A stretch of DNA of 64,000 bases from a candidate division WS6 bacterium OLB20. GTDB lineage: Bacteria > Patescibacteriota > Dojkabacteria > B142 > OLB20. The notes below the pieces were generated by a model. That model saw only the letters and a list, made by a program, of their open reading frames with translations. It had not been told where the DNA came from and did not search any database. Shown here piece after piece: positions 9,583 through 20,438 of the stretch. The stretch spans positions 135,477-199,476 of the forward strand of contig JYNZ01000002.1 in NCBI GenBank assembly GCA_001567355.1, written 5' to 3'. The stretch's first letter is position 1. Every line of letters starts with the position of its first letter. Made by a program: the position numbers and the translations under genes.

Positions 9583-9585
9583 TAA

Positions 9586-11564
9586 TCACCAGCCGCCACC
9601 GCCGCCTCCTCCTCCACCGCCACCAGAGCCGCCCCCTCCACCTGATGAGGATCCCGGTGCCGTTCCAGAGGCAGCAATTGTGCTGCCCAGGCTGCTGCTC
9701 ATATCACTGCCAAACGATCCGAAGTGCGTTCCGCTGTACCAGACAGGAGTATAGGTGTCATTCCCTGCAGCCGAGGCCTTTGCAATTTCATCCTTAAACT
9801 GGCTGGTCCATTCCGCCTCCGCACCAAGCACCAGTGCATAGGGAAGAAAGCGTTCATATGTCTCAAGTGTGTGTGGTATCTCTTTGTGGAGCAGGCGCAC
9901 GCGTTCATTTTCTGTTGCGGTCAGAAACATCTTAAACCCAAGTACTTTGTCATACAGCTTTCGTCCTGCAACGGTGCGCGCTTTGATGGCCGACTGAAAT
10001 ACAAGAAGTGTTATCCCCATCACAAATACAAGTACTGCAGTCAGCAGGCCAAGTGTGTTTGAGATCTCAAGAAATGCGATCATACAGAGGATGAGCAGTG
10101 CAAAGACTCCGGTGCATGCACCCATAAGACCGAAGCAGCTGCGGATAAAATCACGTTTCATGCCGGATGTGATCTGGTACCAGATTGTCCCTGCAAAGGA
10201 CAGGAATATTGATCCAAAGACAACCAGAGCGATCATCAGTCCGATTGCATCCTCATCTCCGTAGAGAAGTGTAGACAGGATTGCAAGCAGGAATACACTG
10301 ACAACACCAAGCAGTACTGCCATCCAGAACAGACCGGAGTTGCTGCTGACCAGCTTTTTGCCAAACTCCTTGCTGAGATATTCTTTCTGCTTCTCGGTTG
10401 CTGAGTGCACCTTCTGGTAGCGGGACGCAAGGTATTTGTTTGCAAATGTAAACTCTCCGGATGAGAGGAGTGTATCAGCAAGCAGCTTCTCATCTGCACT
10501 CAATCGCTCATACGCATCCTCTGAGGCGAGCGAGACAGTAAATTCACTGTTCGCTTCGGTGATTGTGATATATCCCTTGACTGCCATATTAATAAGAGCG
10601 GCTGTCATGATCTGCCGGTCATGACCCATGCCCATGCCGGTCCAGGTAAGCCGACCTCTGCAGGCGAAAGATTATCCGGAGGTGAGAACAGTGGAACAAT
10701 CACGCCGGTTTCCGGGTCGCGACCCTTAATAAGCCAGGTGAGCAGACAGAAGAGGATAAACAGAGCAGTAAAGCAGAGCCCGCAGATCAGCAGTCCGTTA
10801 TCAAGCAGAAAGTTAACTGCCTGCTCTGCAGCGGAAGGGCTTTCAATCAGTCCCTTGTCCCATTCGATCACTACTGTCAGGCCTTCACCTGGCGAAAGCG
10901 GTCGAGTGGATTTGTACCTGACGACCGGTCTGTTGTTTGATTCAGTCACTTCTACAGAATAATCCTCGCCGCGCTCTCCGCTGGCACCTGTATAGGCATA
11001 GGCATTGAGGTCTTCTGGTTTAAAATGGGTTGGAAAGTAAATGTTGGCAGACGACTCTTCAATGCTAAATGACCAGCCGTTTCCGGTGATGTTGTAATAG
11101 AGCTCATCATGGTCTTCAAAAAAACCGAGCTGCCGGTCTGTTTCGTAATTAATTGTGTACGTGTAAACACCGGGATTGAGAAAAACGTCTTCTTCTCCGA
11201 TATAGACTCGTACACCGTTCTGCAGGTTTTCGGTGTGGTACGGTTCAGCTTTTCCGTCTCTTCTGATACCGGTAATCGAGAATCCCGTGCGTTGAGTAAA
11301 TCCGAACGTATCGGTGTATCTGGTGGGAAAGTCACGGTAGATTCCTCGTCGTATCTGTCCTCCCAGCGCAACAACACGGATCGTCTCTGTAACACGCATT
11401 GTACCGTTCTCGTCAATCTGTATCTCACTGTGGAAATCTGTAATCCGCTCTGGTCCGGATGGAGTCTGTGCAGTAGCTGCTGCCGGCAGGAGCAAGGTGA
11501 ACAGTAAAACAAGCGTAAGCAGGGAACGTTTCATAGGCGTTTCTTTTAGAGTAGCATACTGCAT
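9586..11564 (-). CDS. DUF2207 family membrane protein, interrupted by a frameshift near 10640
   Basis: The N-terminal ORF has the classic DUF2207 region YIGEEDVFLNPGVYTYTINYETDRQLGFFEDHDELYYNITGNGW plus a TM and SPAEVG. The C-terminal ORF continues with HDRQIMTAALINMAVKGYI, more TMs and a Gly-rich tail. The two ORFs overlap by 31 nt in different frames. Confidence 0.7.
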
Positions 11565-11636
11565 TTTTTAAGAAAATTCCCGGAATTTGCGTCACGGTAC
11601 AATGCGCACTGACTGTATCAATGCAAGACTGATTCT

Positions 11637-12023
11637 ATGAAAGAACTTATTAAAGAATTACAAATACTGACAGATTCCATTTCAGACAGAAACTATGTGC
11701 GTTTCAGACTGGATGACACAGTGTACGAACTTTATCACAATAATTTTGACGGAGAACGGCTGACAGAGCTCATCTGGTTTACCGGAGCACTCAAACCCGG
11801 TTCGGATCAGGTCTGGAGGTATCAGGTTACCCTGATCAGTTCCAGCAACACTGTCTCAGTTCTTGAGTGCACAGGCTTCGAATACAACAGCAAGCGTCTG
11901 CTTGATTACTCAGCCCGTGAACAATTGATTGCAGCGCTCAATTACAGTCTGGCCCGTGGCATTGCTCATGATCAATGCCAGATGGACTGGGATGGTAAGC
12001 TTTACTTCCCCGACCTCAGGTGA
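11637..12023 (+). CDS. hypothetical protein
   Basis: 128-aa ORF in an intergenic gap, with no motif. Confidence 0.35.
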   Translation: MKELIKELQILTDSISDRNYVRFRLDDTVYELYHNNFDGERLTELIWFTGALKPGSDQVWRYQVTLISSSNTVSVLECTGFEYNSKRLLDYSAREQLIAALNYSLARGIAHDQCQMDWDGKLYFPDLR

Positions 12024-12061
12024 GTCGTCTGTTATAATCCGTTCAAGAAAGGCTCATACTG

Positions 12062-12702
12062 ATGTCGACTACTGAACAGCTCATGCAGCTTCCGGGCGTA
12101 ACTCCTGATTTTCACCGGAGAATCCAGGCTGACTATGAAGCTTGCAACGCTGACACGGATATACCACGCTGGCTCAACGTTGTCAGTCCAGATGCGAAAA
12201 ATCATGTGATAGATATAGCACGGTCCTGTTTTACGGGTGATCAGAATGACAGATATGCACTCAATGAGTTCCTCGACCGCTTTGCCCGCAGATGGTATGT
12301 CCGCAAACAGCTCTTCCCGCGGATGCTTGCAGATATGGGTATGGAACAGGCGCCTCGCTGGATCCCGCTGAAATGCCGGGTCTTGAGGTCGCGCTCCTTA
12401 CACTCAGCTCATCCTATCTGATCGCCGGTCCGGGCGCTTACTTTAGAGACATGGTTTACGGATCCGACTCTATCCGGAGCAAATCAATCCCCGCTCAGTT
12501 TGCCGGCAGATTTGCATTTGAACCCCGACTCCTTGATCCGGTAAGAATTCTGTTTGAAAACAATAGCGGATTTGATACCGCTGAGGTGATAGCAATGGCA
12601 GTCAGGCCATCGGTACAGAGCAGAACGTCACTACTTGCAAACAGGGTTGAGACAGGCTTCCTGCAACTGGACAGACTGCTGCCTCAGCAGGCAGGCTTCT
12701 GA
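12062..12702 (+). CDS. hypothetical protein, possibly frameshifted near 12370
   Basis: Two overlapping ORFs (12062..12421 and 12292..12702) in different frames, each protein-like on one side of the overlap. Confidence 0.25.
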
Positions 12703-12791
12703 TCTGAGCGCAAAAAAAGAACAATTAATCTTGCGCTCGTATTCTTCTCTAACTACACTGAATTATTGCCCTTACTTTATCAGAATTACGA

Positions 12792-15700
12792 ATGGATACT
12801 CTCCGCCGTTACTTCATAGGTCTGTTGCCTTCAATTACTTCTGTCCGAAAGAGTTTCAGTATTACGGTGATGATTCTTATGTTTGCAGGATCATTCCCTG
12901 TCAGCAGGATCGAGGCCTTTTCGGGTAGCGGTTCAGGGACCGAGTTGGATCCATATGTAATAACTGACTGCACAGAACTGCAGGAGATAGATGATGAGCT
13001 GGATGCTCATTACGTGCTGGCAAATGACATCGACTGCTCGTTTGTGCCGGGGACAACAATCTACACGGAGGACTTTGAGACAGGAGCAGCAGGCTGGGGG
13101 CATTCGGGTACCAATGACTCATGGAACATTGACTCAGAGAGCTGCACACAGACGTTTGACAGTACAGCATACGGAACAAATGGGAACTCAGGATCAGGCT
13201 GCAGCGAAGAACAGCTTGAAGTGAGCGAGCTGATCAGTCCGGTGATTTCTCTGACCTCAGCAGCACATCATTATATTCAGTTTGACAGCTGGGCCGATGA
13301 TGAAAACGGACCCTGTACGGACAGTGGTGACTATGATTCAAAGGATGTTGCGGTCACAACCGATGGCGGCTCAAGCTATACAGTACTTAATGATTGTTTT
13401 GCGCTTCACTCGACAGAATCAGTCGACGGGGAATTTACCACATGGAGACTTCCTATCAGCGGATTTGCCAATGAAGATATTCAGCTGATGTTCCGTTATG
13501 ACACAGAGGATGATTGCTGCGGTTACGGCTGGTACGTAGATAACATAGTAGTTGGTGAGGGGTTTGTTTTCACGCCGATCGGTGACAACATAGACAGATT
13601 CACGGGATCACTTGACGGAGCAGGGTATGCGATTAACAATCTGGAGTTGTTTGCAGGCGACTACACCGGTCTGTTTGGAGTGATTGACGAGGGTGGTGAA
13701 GTATTTGATTTGTCTGTAAATGGAGTACTGGTCAATGGTGGTGACTATACCGGCAGTATTGCAGGAATCTCATACGGCACTATAACCGATGTCAGTGTTA
13801 CAGGTTCAGTAAGTGGTGGCGATTATACCGGTGGTCTGGTCGGTGCACATGCTGATCCTGACGGCCTCGGATCATCAAGTCCGCTCGTGTTCACCTGGGA
13901 CGGAGACAGCTATGAGTTTCAGGTTGATGTGGGTGGCACGCTGCCATCAACGGTAAACGGCGAGGATCATGCTGCTTTGAGAGACGGTTCTCTGGCTCCC
14001 AGGGGTGACAAATATGATCTTAAGATTTCCCAGGAATATGATGAAATAGTCTATTATGACGAACTGCAGCTGTTCACTGTGGATCACGCCCCGGGGTTTG
14101 ATGTTGCAGCTTCAATAGACCGCAACCTGACTGGTGAATACTTCTCGTTTGCGGAATCGCCGACACACCCGCTTGTCTCATGTACTGATAAATGGGGTAA
14201 CGACTGTCTGGCACAGCTGGCAGAGTCTGATGACGACTGGAGTACTAAAAATCCTGGTGACCCGGACAACTTCTGGGTTCTTGATTTCGGTGACCTTTCT
14301 GATGCAGAGGATATCAATCTGATAGCAGAGGGTTTCTCCGACTATACTATAGATACAGTCACCCGCTTCAAGGCAATCCAGGTTAAAGATGCTGACGGCA
14401 ACTGGGTTGACGCATACCCGCGCTCGCAGATTGATCCACCTAAAGGTGCACCGCGAACAAGCCTAATCAGCCTGAAGGATTTGTTTATTACTGATGACTA
14501 CTCGGTAAAGGTCGCGTTCCCGCGCGCGCGTATGAACTGGTTTGCGGTAGACACGACACCGCAGACAGAGCTGACAGTTACAGGCAGCTATCCCTCAAGC
14601 GTAAACCTGAGATTCGGAGGTTACACAGAGGCTGACAAGACGGTATTCTGGGACCATGACTACAGGCAACGTTCAAACACCCCCTTTGAATTCCTTGGTG
14701 CGCCAGCCGGCAAGTTTACGAAATATGGAGACATTACACCGCTGCTTTCGTCGCCGGACAACCAGTTCGCAGTCCTGCGCCACGGGGACTGGATGGATGT
14801 GGAATTTGACTACACACCTGCAGCAGACGGCCTGGAACGCAGCTTTGTACTTCAGAACTGGGTTCTATACAAACACTGGGACAAAGGAGCATGGGCACGG
14901 ACAGTGGAGCCGCTCCCGTTCCATGGCATGACAGAATATCCCTACCTGGCGCCTGAGTCATATCCATACACTCCAGAAAACACAGCCTATCTTGAGGAGT
15001 GGAACACGCGTGAATACTTCGGTGGCGGTGTACAGAGTAACACTATCATCGACTCCAGCGCCGATGTGGATGTTGAAGGGTGTGACTACACAGGAGGACT
15101 GGTCGGCTATAACCTATTAGAGTCAATTACTGGATCAAGTGCACACGGGAACGTCTACTCCGAATGCGATGATGTCGGTGGACTGGTCGGATACAACAGC
15201 GAGGGAAGCATTGAAGAGTCATTCGCAACAGGCAGCGTCGAAGGTGACGAGTATGTTGGCGGAGCCATCGGAAGCATGAACGATTCCGGTTCGGCATATC
15301 GTGTATATGCCACAGGCAATGTAACCGGATATTACCGCGTCGGTGGATTTATCGGACGAAACCAGTACGGCTTCATTGAAGAGTCATACGCAACTGGAGA
15401 AGTATACGGTGATGAGAGCCATGTTGGAGGATTTGCAGGCGGCAGCGGCGGCGATTCTGAGATCCTTAACTCATACTCGCGGGGCGATGTCACTGGTTAC
15501 GATTATGTTGGAGGATTTGCAGGTAACAATGGCGGAGTGATTAACAACTCATACTCAACTGGGTATGTACTTGGAGATGAGACAGATGGCGGTTTCGTTG
15601 CATATTCAGGTGGAGGTCCGGCCGAATCCAACTTCTCATTCTGGGATGAGGATACTTCGGGACTCTCTTACAGCGAACAGGGTACAGGTCGTACGACAGC

Positions 15701-16385
15701 AGAGATGAAGTCGAGCGCCACATTTACTACTGACCTTGGAGCTGACTCATGGGACTTTGATACCGTATGGGGAATTGATCCGGGTTACAACGACGGCTAT
15801 CCGGACTTCCTCTACAATCTGCCAGCGGACGATGCAGACGGAGACGGTATTGACGACAGCGTCGAGGATGCAGGACCCAATGGCGGCGATGCAAATGGTG
15901 ACAGCATCTCTGACAGTACACAGGCAAACGTTACTACCTTTGTAGGCAGTGTCAGCGGCAACTACGTGTCAATGGAGTCAACCTGCGATACAATCGCTGC
16001 AGCTGATATCATCGAAGAGACGGAAAACGGTATGGACGATGAGGCGTTTGATTATACTGCCGGTCTGTTTGACTTTGAGCTGACCTGCGCAGCGCCGGGT
16101 GAGACAGCAACAGTCACTATGTATTTCTTCGGTGATTACGATGCCTCACTAGTGACAGTGCGTAAGTTTAACGGCGTAAACGATGAGTACCTGGATGTTC
16201 CTGGAGCAGTTGCCACCAACAGCACCATCGGAGGAGAGGACGTGTTGGTTATCACATTTGATATCACTGACGGAGGACCGCTCGACATGGATGGAACCGC
16301 CAATGGAACCATCATAGACCCCACCGGACCTGCATTCAATACTGCTGCTGCCCCGCAGACCGGTCTCGGCGGCAGTCAGCGTTGA
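12792..16385 (+). CDS. 1197-aa secreted surface protein with an N-terminal MAM-like domain, GLUG-motif repeats, an inserted domain, a TAEMK/DGYP module and a Ca-binding-like C-terminal region
   Basis: A signal peptide is present. The MAM-like region reads FETGAAGWGHSGTNDSWNID...CCGYGWYVDNIVVGEG. More than 10 GLUG-type repeats occur (GDYTGLFGV, DYTGGLVGY, DDVGGLVGYN, DEYVGGAIGS, YYRVGGFIGRN, HVGGFAGGS, YDYVGGFAGNNGGVINNSYSTGYV). A GRTTAEMKSSATFTTDLGADSWDFDTVWGIDPGYNDGYPDF module follows, then DADGDGIDD. Confidence 0.8.
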   Translation: MDTLRRYFIGLLPSITSVRKSFSITVMILMFAGSFPVSRIEAFSGSGSGTELDPYVITDCTELQEIDDELDAHYVLANDIDCSFVPGTTIYTEDFETGAAGWGHSGTNDSWNIDSESCTQTFDSTAYGTNGNSGSGCSEEQLEVSELISPVISLTSAAHHYIQFDSWADDENGPCTDSGDYDSKDVAVTTDGGSSYTVLNDCFALHSTESVDGEFTTWRLPISGFANEDIQLMFRYDTEDDCCGYGWYVDNIVVGEGFVFTPIGDNIDRFTGSLDGAGYAINNLELFAGDYTGLFGVIDEGGEVFDLSVNGVLVNGGDYTGSIAGISYGTITDVSVTGSVSGGDYTGGLVGAHADPDGLGSSSPLVFTWDGDSYEFQVDVGGTLPSTVNGEDHAALRDGSLAPRGDKYDLKISQEYDEIVYYDELQLFTVDHAPGFDVAASIDRNLTGEYFSFAESPTHPLVSCTDKWGNDCLAQLAESDDDWSTKNPGDPDNFWVLDFGDLSDAEDINLIAEGFSDYTIDTVTRFKAIQVKDADGNWVDAYPRSQIDPPKGAPRTSLISLKDLFITDDYSVKVAFPRARMNWFAVDTTPQTELTVTGSYPSSVNLRFGGYTEADKTVFWDHDYRQRSNTPFEFLGAPAGKFTKYGDITPLLSSPDNQFAVLRHGDWMDVEFDYTPAADGLERSFVLQNWVLYKHWDKGAWARTVEPLPFHGMTEYPYLAPESYPYTPENTAYLEEWNTREYFGGGVQSNTIIDSSADVDVEGCDYTGGLVGYNLLESITGSSAHGNVYSECDDVGGLVGYNSEGSIEESFATGSVEGDEYVGGAIGSMNDSGSAYRVYATGNVTGYYRVGGFIGRNQYGFIEESYATGEVYGDESHVGGFAGGSGGDSEILNSYSRGDVTGYDYVGGFAGNNGGVINNSYSTGYVLGDETDGGFVAYSGGGPAESNFSFWDEDTSGLSYSEQGTGRTTAEMKSSATFTTDLGADSWDFDTVWGIDPGYNDGYPDFLYNLPADDADGDGIDDSVEDAGPNGGDANGDSISDSTQANVTTFVGSVSGNYVSMESTCDTIAAADIIEETENGMDDEAFDYTAGLFDFELTCAAPGETATVTMYFFGDYDASLVTVRKFNGVNDEYLDVPGAVATNSTIGGEDVLVITFDITDGGPLDMDGTANGTIIDPTGPAFNTAAAPQTGLGGSQR

Positions 16386-17065
16386 CAGTAAAACGTTCAA
16401 AACAGGGTGGATTCAACCTTTCTGAGCTCTCAGAAAGGATTCCACCCTGGCTTCTGATTCTGGCTATCCTGGCAATTGTTACCCTGATTGTGACCGTCAA
16501 GACACTGTCGCGCGAACCGTTACAACCTAAACAGGAGCAGACACAGGAGGCTGACGGTGTAATAACCGTTTCAACACAGAACCCTGAGGAATCACCTCCG
16601 GAAGGTCCGTACATTGTTGCTTCTGACGAACCCCGCAGTATCCGACTTCCTGCTGCAAATGTTGACGGATATATTCAGAAAGTTGGCATCGATCAGCATG
16701 GCAAGATCGCCGTACCCTCAAACGTGACCATGGCAGGCTGGTACATCCACAGCAAAAAGCCTGGTGAACAGGGATTGAGTGTTATTGATGGCCACGTCGA
16801 CGGACAGACTGCAGAAGGCATATTTTACCGACTCGCAGATGTATCGGCAGGTGATGAACTGAGCATCGAGTATGGAGATGGTTCAGCAGTTTGGTTCCGG
16901 GTTGTGGATAAAATCCAGGTTCCTGAATCCGAGGCTGCTGATGTCGTGTTTTCAAAGCGTCAGGGCATCGAGCATCAGCTTAACCTCGTGACGTGCGGCG
17001 GTGCATTTGATTATGAAGAAAGCACCTACCCGGACAGGGTCATTATCGTGACTGAACGCATATGA
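16382..17065 (+). CDS. sortase (class E/F-like transpeptidase)
   Basis: An N-terminal TM anchor, catalytic His (VIDGHVDG), Cys (LNLVTCGG) and Arg (PDRVIIVT). It overlaps the stop of the upstream gene by 4 nt. Confidence 0.75.
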   Translation: MTVKRSKQGGFNLSELSERIPPWLLILAILAIVTLIVTVKTLSREPLQPKQEQTQEADGVITVSTQNPEESPPEGPYIVASDEPRSIRLPAANVDGYIQKVGIDQHGKIAVPSNVTMAGWYIHSKKPGEQGLSVIDGHVDGQTAEGIFYRLADVSAGDELSIEYGDGSAVWFRVVDKIQVPESEAADVVFSKRQGIEHQLNLVTCGGAFDYEESTYPDRVIIVTERI

Positions 17066-17493
17066 GACGCCATACAGTAACAATCACCCGTGATTTCGGA
17101 CAGCAGTCCGAGCAGCCGGCAGAAAAAAAGACTGTCAAGATCAGAGTGATGCCGATCCATGCTGCCGGAATATGTGCGCTGATTATTCTTATATGCGCAG
17201 GCATTGTGCTTTTACGGCAACCAGCACCTGCAGCAACAGTGATTACACAACAAAAGACGCAGGAGGTTGTCAGCAGAAGATCAGTTATTAATGCAGAGTT
17301 TGTGCAGAGCACTGATTCGACGGTCACCTTTACCGATCCTGGAGGAAACGAGTATACGTATGCGTTCGATCCAGAGGTACTGGCCAGACAAAACAGCGTC
17401 GCACCTGACAATCTGATCAAAGGGGATCAGATTCTGGTATATACAGGAGAGCAGGACGGGACTGCAGTAATCGAACGGATCAGATTCCGGTAG
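17062..17493 (+). CDS. small membrane-anchored hypothetical protein co-transcribed with the sortase
   Basis: It shares an ATGA overlap with the sortase stop and has a single N-terminal TM. Confidence 0.45.
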   Translation: MRRHTVTITRDFGQQSEQPAEKKTVKIRVMPIHAAGICALIILICAGIVLLRQPAPAATVITQQKTQEVVSRRSVINAEFVQSTDSTVTFTDPGGNEYTYAFDPEVLARQNSVAPDNLIKGDQILVYTGEQDGTAVIERIRFR

Positions 17494-18384
17494 CTCGATT
17501 GACCAGACGGATTGCCAGTTTTATTCCATCGGGATCATTTCTGAAGCTGTTGTACGCGATTGAGTCCAGTCCGATATGCAGCTGGCATGCCCGGATACGC
17601 TCATCAGCGCTGCCGGTATCCAGTCCGCTGTCTCGATACCCCTCAAGTGCAACTGATTTAAAATCAGGACTGAGACCGTTTACGTACTGATCATAAAAAA
17701 GAAGCCAGGCAAGATCATACATATAGTCCCCATACAGAGCAGAACCCCAGTCGAGGACAGCAGTAATACGTCCCTTGTCAAAAAGAACATTCCTGTTGAT
17801 CAGGTCTGAATGGACAAGATGCCGTGAGTTGTAGTCAGGAATACTCTTTTTCAGCTCTGCGTAGATGCGGTCAAACTCAGTCTGAAAGGTGCCCAGGTTG
17901 TTCTTCCAGCCGTAGATTTGACTTGTTTCACTGTCCTGGCCTGCACTAAGCAGAAACTCCGCCCAGCTTTGCTGCATTCCATCCCCGTGTCGTCCCAGTG
18001 ACCGTATCCTGATGTACCGGTCAGATCAGCTGATGCAAGTTGTATGAGAAGTTGCACAGTAACAGCCTCAAAGCCCTGTGTGTCGCGAGGGACCTCTTCC
18101 AGAAAACTGCCATGTGCTCGCGCAGTGATGGCGTAATACCCGTTTTCTGATCTGCCGGATGCTACAAACGCGGGTATCGGCAGACCGGAACCTGAAAAAC
18201 GAACCGCGTGCCGGTCGCAGATAAAATTGGCATCAGAAGCTGCGAGACGTATCACATATTCCGAGCCTTCAGATACATACGAGTATGCATGTGACCACGC
18301 ACCGCTGCCAAGCTGCTGAACAGCCTGCGGCTCTCTGCCGGTCATCTCTGCAATTACTTTGCCAACAGTTGTTTCTGTATACAT
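17480..18384 (-). CDS. aminoglycoside/choline-kinase-type phosphotransferase (APH family), interrupted by a frameshift near 17975
   Basis: The N-terminal ORF carries GSGAWSHAYSYVSEGSEYVIRL and GYGHWDD. The C-terminal ORF continues SWAEFL...HLVHSDLINRNVLFD...AVLDWGSALYGDYMYDLAWLL, which are the APH catalytic motifs. The ORFs overlap by 127 nt in different frames. Confidence 0.7.
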
Positions 18385-18430
18385 GACAAAAATGTTTGGG
18401 TGTGTTTCTGTTAAAACGATATAATACAGT

Positions 18431-19522
18431 ATGTCACAAACAAAACAGTCACGCTGGTTTTTTGCAATTCTGATGCTGCTGGCCGCAGTTGCAGCATATA
18501 TACTGCTGCGACCCTTTCTGGCGTTGATAGTGATGTCGCTAATAATTGCACTGATTTACCGGCCTGTATATAAAATTCTGCTTAACAGATTTAAAAAGAA
18601 GGCCGGGCTTGCTTCCACGGTTACCATACTGATTATTTTCCTGTCTGTCATTGTCCCCGTAACTGCTGTCCTGGGTATCGTCACATCACAGGTACTCAGC
18701 ATTACACGTGATATTCGCGAGAGCGGTACTATCTCTTCCCAAGCGATATCATTAGAAAGCGTCGTTACCGAAGTAAACAGCGTACTGGATCAGATCCCGG
18801 TAATCACCTACCGTCTTTCCGAAGAGGAGATAACAGACAGTATTGAAGGGCTGCTGGCTCCGGTGGGGCAGTTTGCCGTCAACAATCTGATCGCTATCGG
18901 CGGCCAAGCACTGAATGCTTTTACCGGCCTCCTGATATTCATAGCAGTTGTGCATGCTGTACTGGTTAATCATGATCGAATTATCAGAATACTGCACTCT
19001 CTCAGCCCCTTACCAAACGAGGTTGATAAGCTGTATTTTGACAAGCTGGCCTCGATGGCTACAGCTATGGTCAAGGGGTCTTTTGTCGTGGCGCTTGCTG
19101 CCAGTCTTGCAACAGGTATATTTGCATGGATTGCCGGCATTGATTATGTTGCGCTGATTATGCTGATTGCGTTTATTCTGTCTCTGCTGCCACTCGGGGC
19201 AGGGTTTCTGATCTTTCCGCTTGGTATTGCTCAGATCATCAGCGGATCAACGGCAGCCGGTCTGTTTCTGATCATCTCCTTTGTACTTGTTACTGCAAAT
19301 ATTGATAACATCATGCGACCGATGCTGGTACCCAAGGACGCCGAACTTCACCCGGCGCTGACAGTACTTGCACTGTTTGGCGGGCTGCAGGCTTTTGGCT
19401 TTCTGGGACTGATCTTCGGACCGATCGTGATGATCTTCATCGTCACAACGCTGGATGTGTATGTTCGTGACTTCAAGGACCGGCCTCTAGCAGGACGGCC
19501 ATCAGCACAGGATACAGAATAA
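18431..19522 (+). CDS. AI-2E family transporter (PerM/UPF0118)
   Basis: 363 aa with about 8 TM helices and the typical AI-2E architecture and motifs (...GLLIFIAVVHAVL...DNIMRPMLV...). Confidence 0.8.
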   Translation: MSQTKQSRWFFAILMLLAAVAAYILLRPFLALIVMSLIIALIYRPVYKILLNRFKKKAGLASTVTILIIFLSVIVPVTAVLGIVTSQVLSITRDIRESGTISSQAISLESVVTEVNSVLDQIPVITYRLSEEEITDSIEGLLAPVGQFAVNNLIAIGGQALNAFTGLLIFIAVVHAVLVNHDRIIRILHSLSPLPNEVDKLYFDKLASMATAMVKGSFVVALAASLATGIFAWIAGIDYVALIMLIAFILSLLPLGAGFLIFPLGIAQIISGSTAAGLFLIISFVLVTANIDNIMRPMLVPKDAELHPALTVLALFGGLQAFGFLGLIFGPIVMIFIVTTLDVYVRDFKDRPLAGRPSAQDTE

Positions 19523-20410
19523 GTACGATTATCCTGCTAAGTAGTGAAAGTTGAGCCACCAGTTCAGAATCCAGCCTGTGCCGTGAAGTGTAAACAAGCG
19601 GGAAAGTACTGACCGGTGTGAAAAATGTCAGCAGAAGCGCCTGAAACGATCCCGTGTCAGCCCGGACAGCAGCTGCAATTGCAAATGCTCCGACCATCGC
19701 TGCGATCAGACGGAACATCACAAACCCTCCAAGTAGACGGATCTGCCTGATATCAGGCATCTTCAGTGATAATGCAAGATAAACTGTAACCAGAAACGAG
19801 AACGAAGCTCCAATATAGCTGGCGCTGTCTGTAACAAATACCGGAAGGTCCACCCTGAATGTATTAAGTACCGTCGCTGCAATAACAGACAGTAGTAAAA
19901 CATCTGTAAGGATGGTACGGATGACAGCGTTCACTGACAGTCTCGAGGAACTGTCATATGATGCGGCAACTGCAGGGCCTAAGACCATGACAGATACAAA
20001 TAGAACAAGGTCGATCAGGACAACCTGCGCAAACACGGACTCTGAAAAGTTAAGCTGCACAAAGGGGTATGCTACAGGTCCGACGGAATATGCAAGGGCG
20101 CATAGTACGAGGGCTCCCTGCTGAGCCTGCTTAAGCCTGGCAGTACGGGCTGCTGCAGCAGAAACGAGCATAATAGTGAGACCAAGCAGACCTGCAAGTA
20201 TAAGCATGTCAATGTTTGCATCACCTGGATCGAGCCGGTAAATGACTGTAAATACAAAAACGGAAGAATAAATTTAAAGATAAGGGGTCCCAGTACCTGT
20301 GTCATCTCAGCAGTCAGAATGTTCTGTCTGCGTAACAGAATAACCAGCGCAACTGTTACAAAGAGTGGAGCTGAATTTACAACTACAGTAAGGAATGTAT
20401 CCATAAGCAA
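19473..20410 (-). CDS. AEC (auxin efflux carrier/malate permease-like) family transporter, interrupted by a frameshift near 20235
   Basis: The N-terminal ORF (MDTFLTVVVNSAPLFVTVALVILLRRQNILTAEMTQVLGPLIFKFILP) and C-terminal ORF (MLILAGLLGLTIMLVS...) together give the 10-TM AEC topology. They overlap in different frames around a caaaaac run. Confidence 0.65.
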
Positions 20411-20438
20411 ATGCCAATGGACGATTGTAGCATATGGC

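Noticed and set aside
9586-9660. Long GGN/GGC repeat at the 3' end of the DUF2207 gene as a possible CRISPR or satellite
   Set aside because: It encodes the Gly-rich C-terminal tail typical of DUF2207 proteins. It is a simple codon repeat with no spacer structure.
16350-16385. C-terminal ...APQTGLGGSQR of the giant protein as a sortase sorting signal
   Set aside because: No hydrophobic segment or basic tail follows it. The hydrophobic stretch immediately downstream belongs to the sortase's own N-terminal anchor in another frame. It is kept only as a hypothesis.
12900-16400. Numerous 60-100-aa ORFs on both strands inside the 1197-aa gene (for example 12901-13179, 14084-14317, 16136-16400)
   Set aside because: They lie entirely within a strongly supported long CDS and carry no motifs, so they are shadow ORFs.
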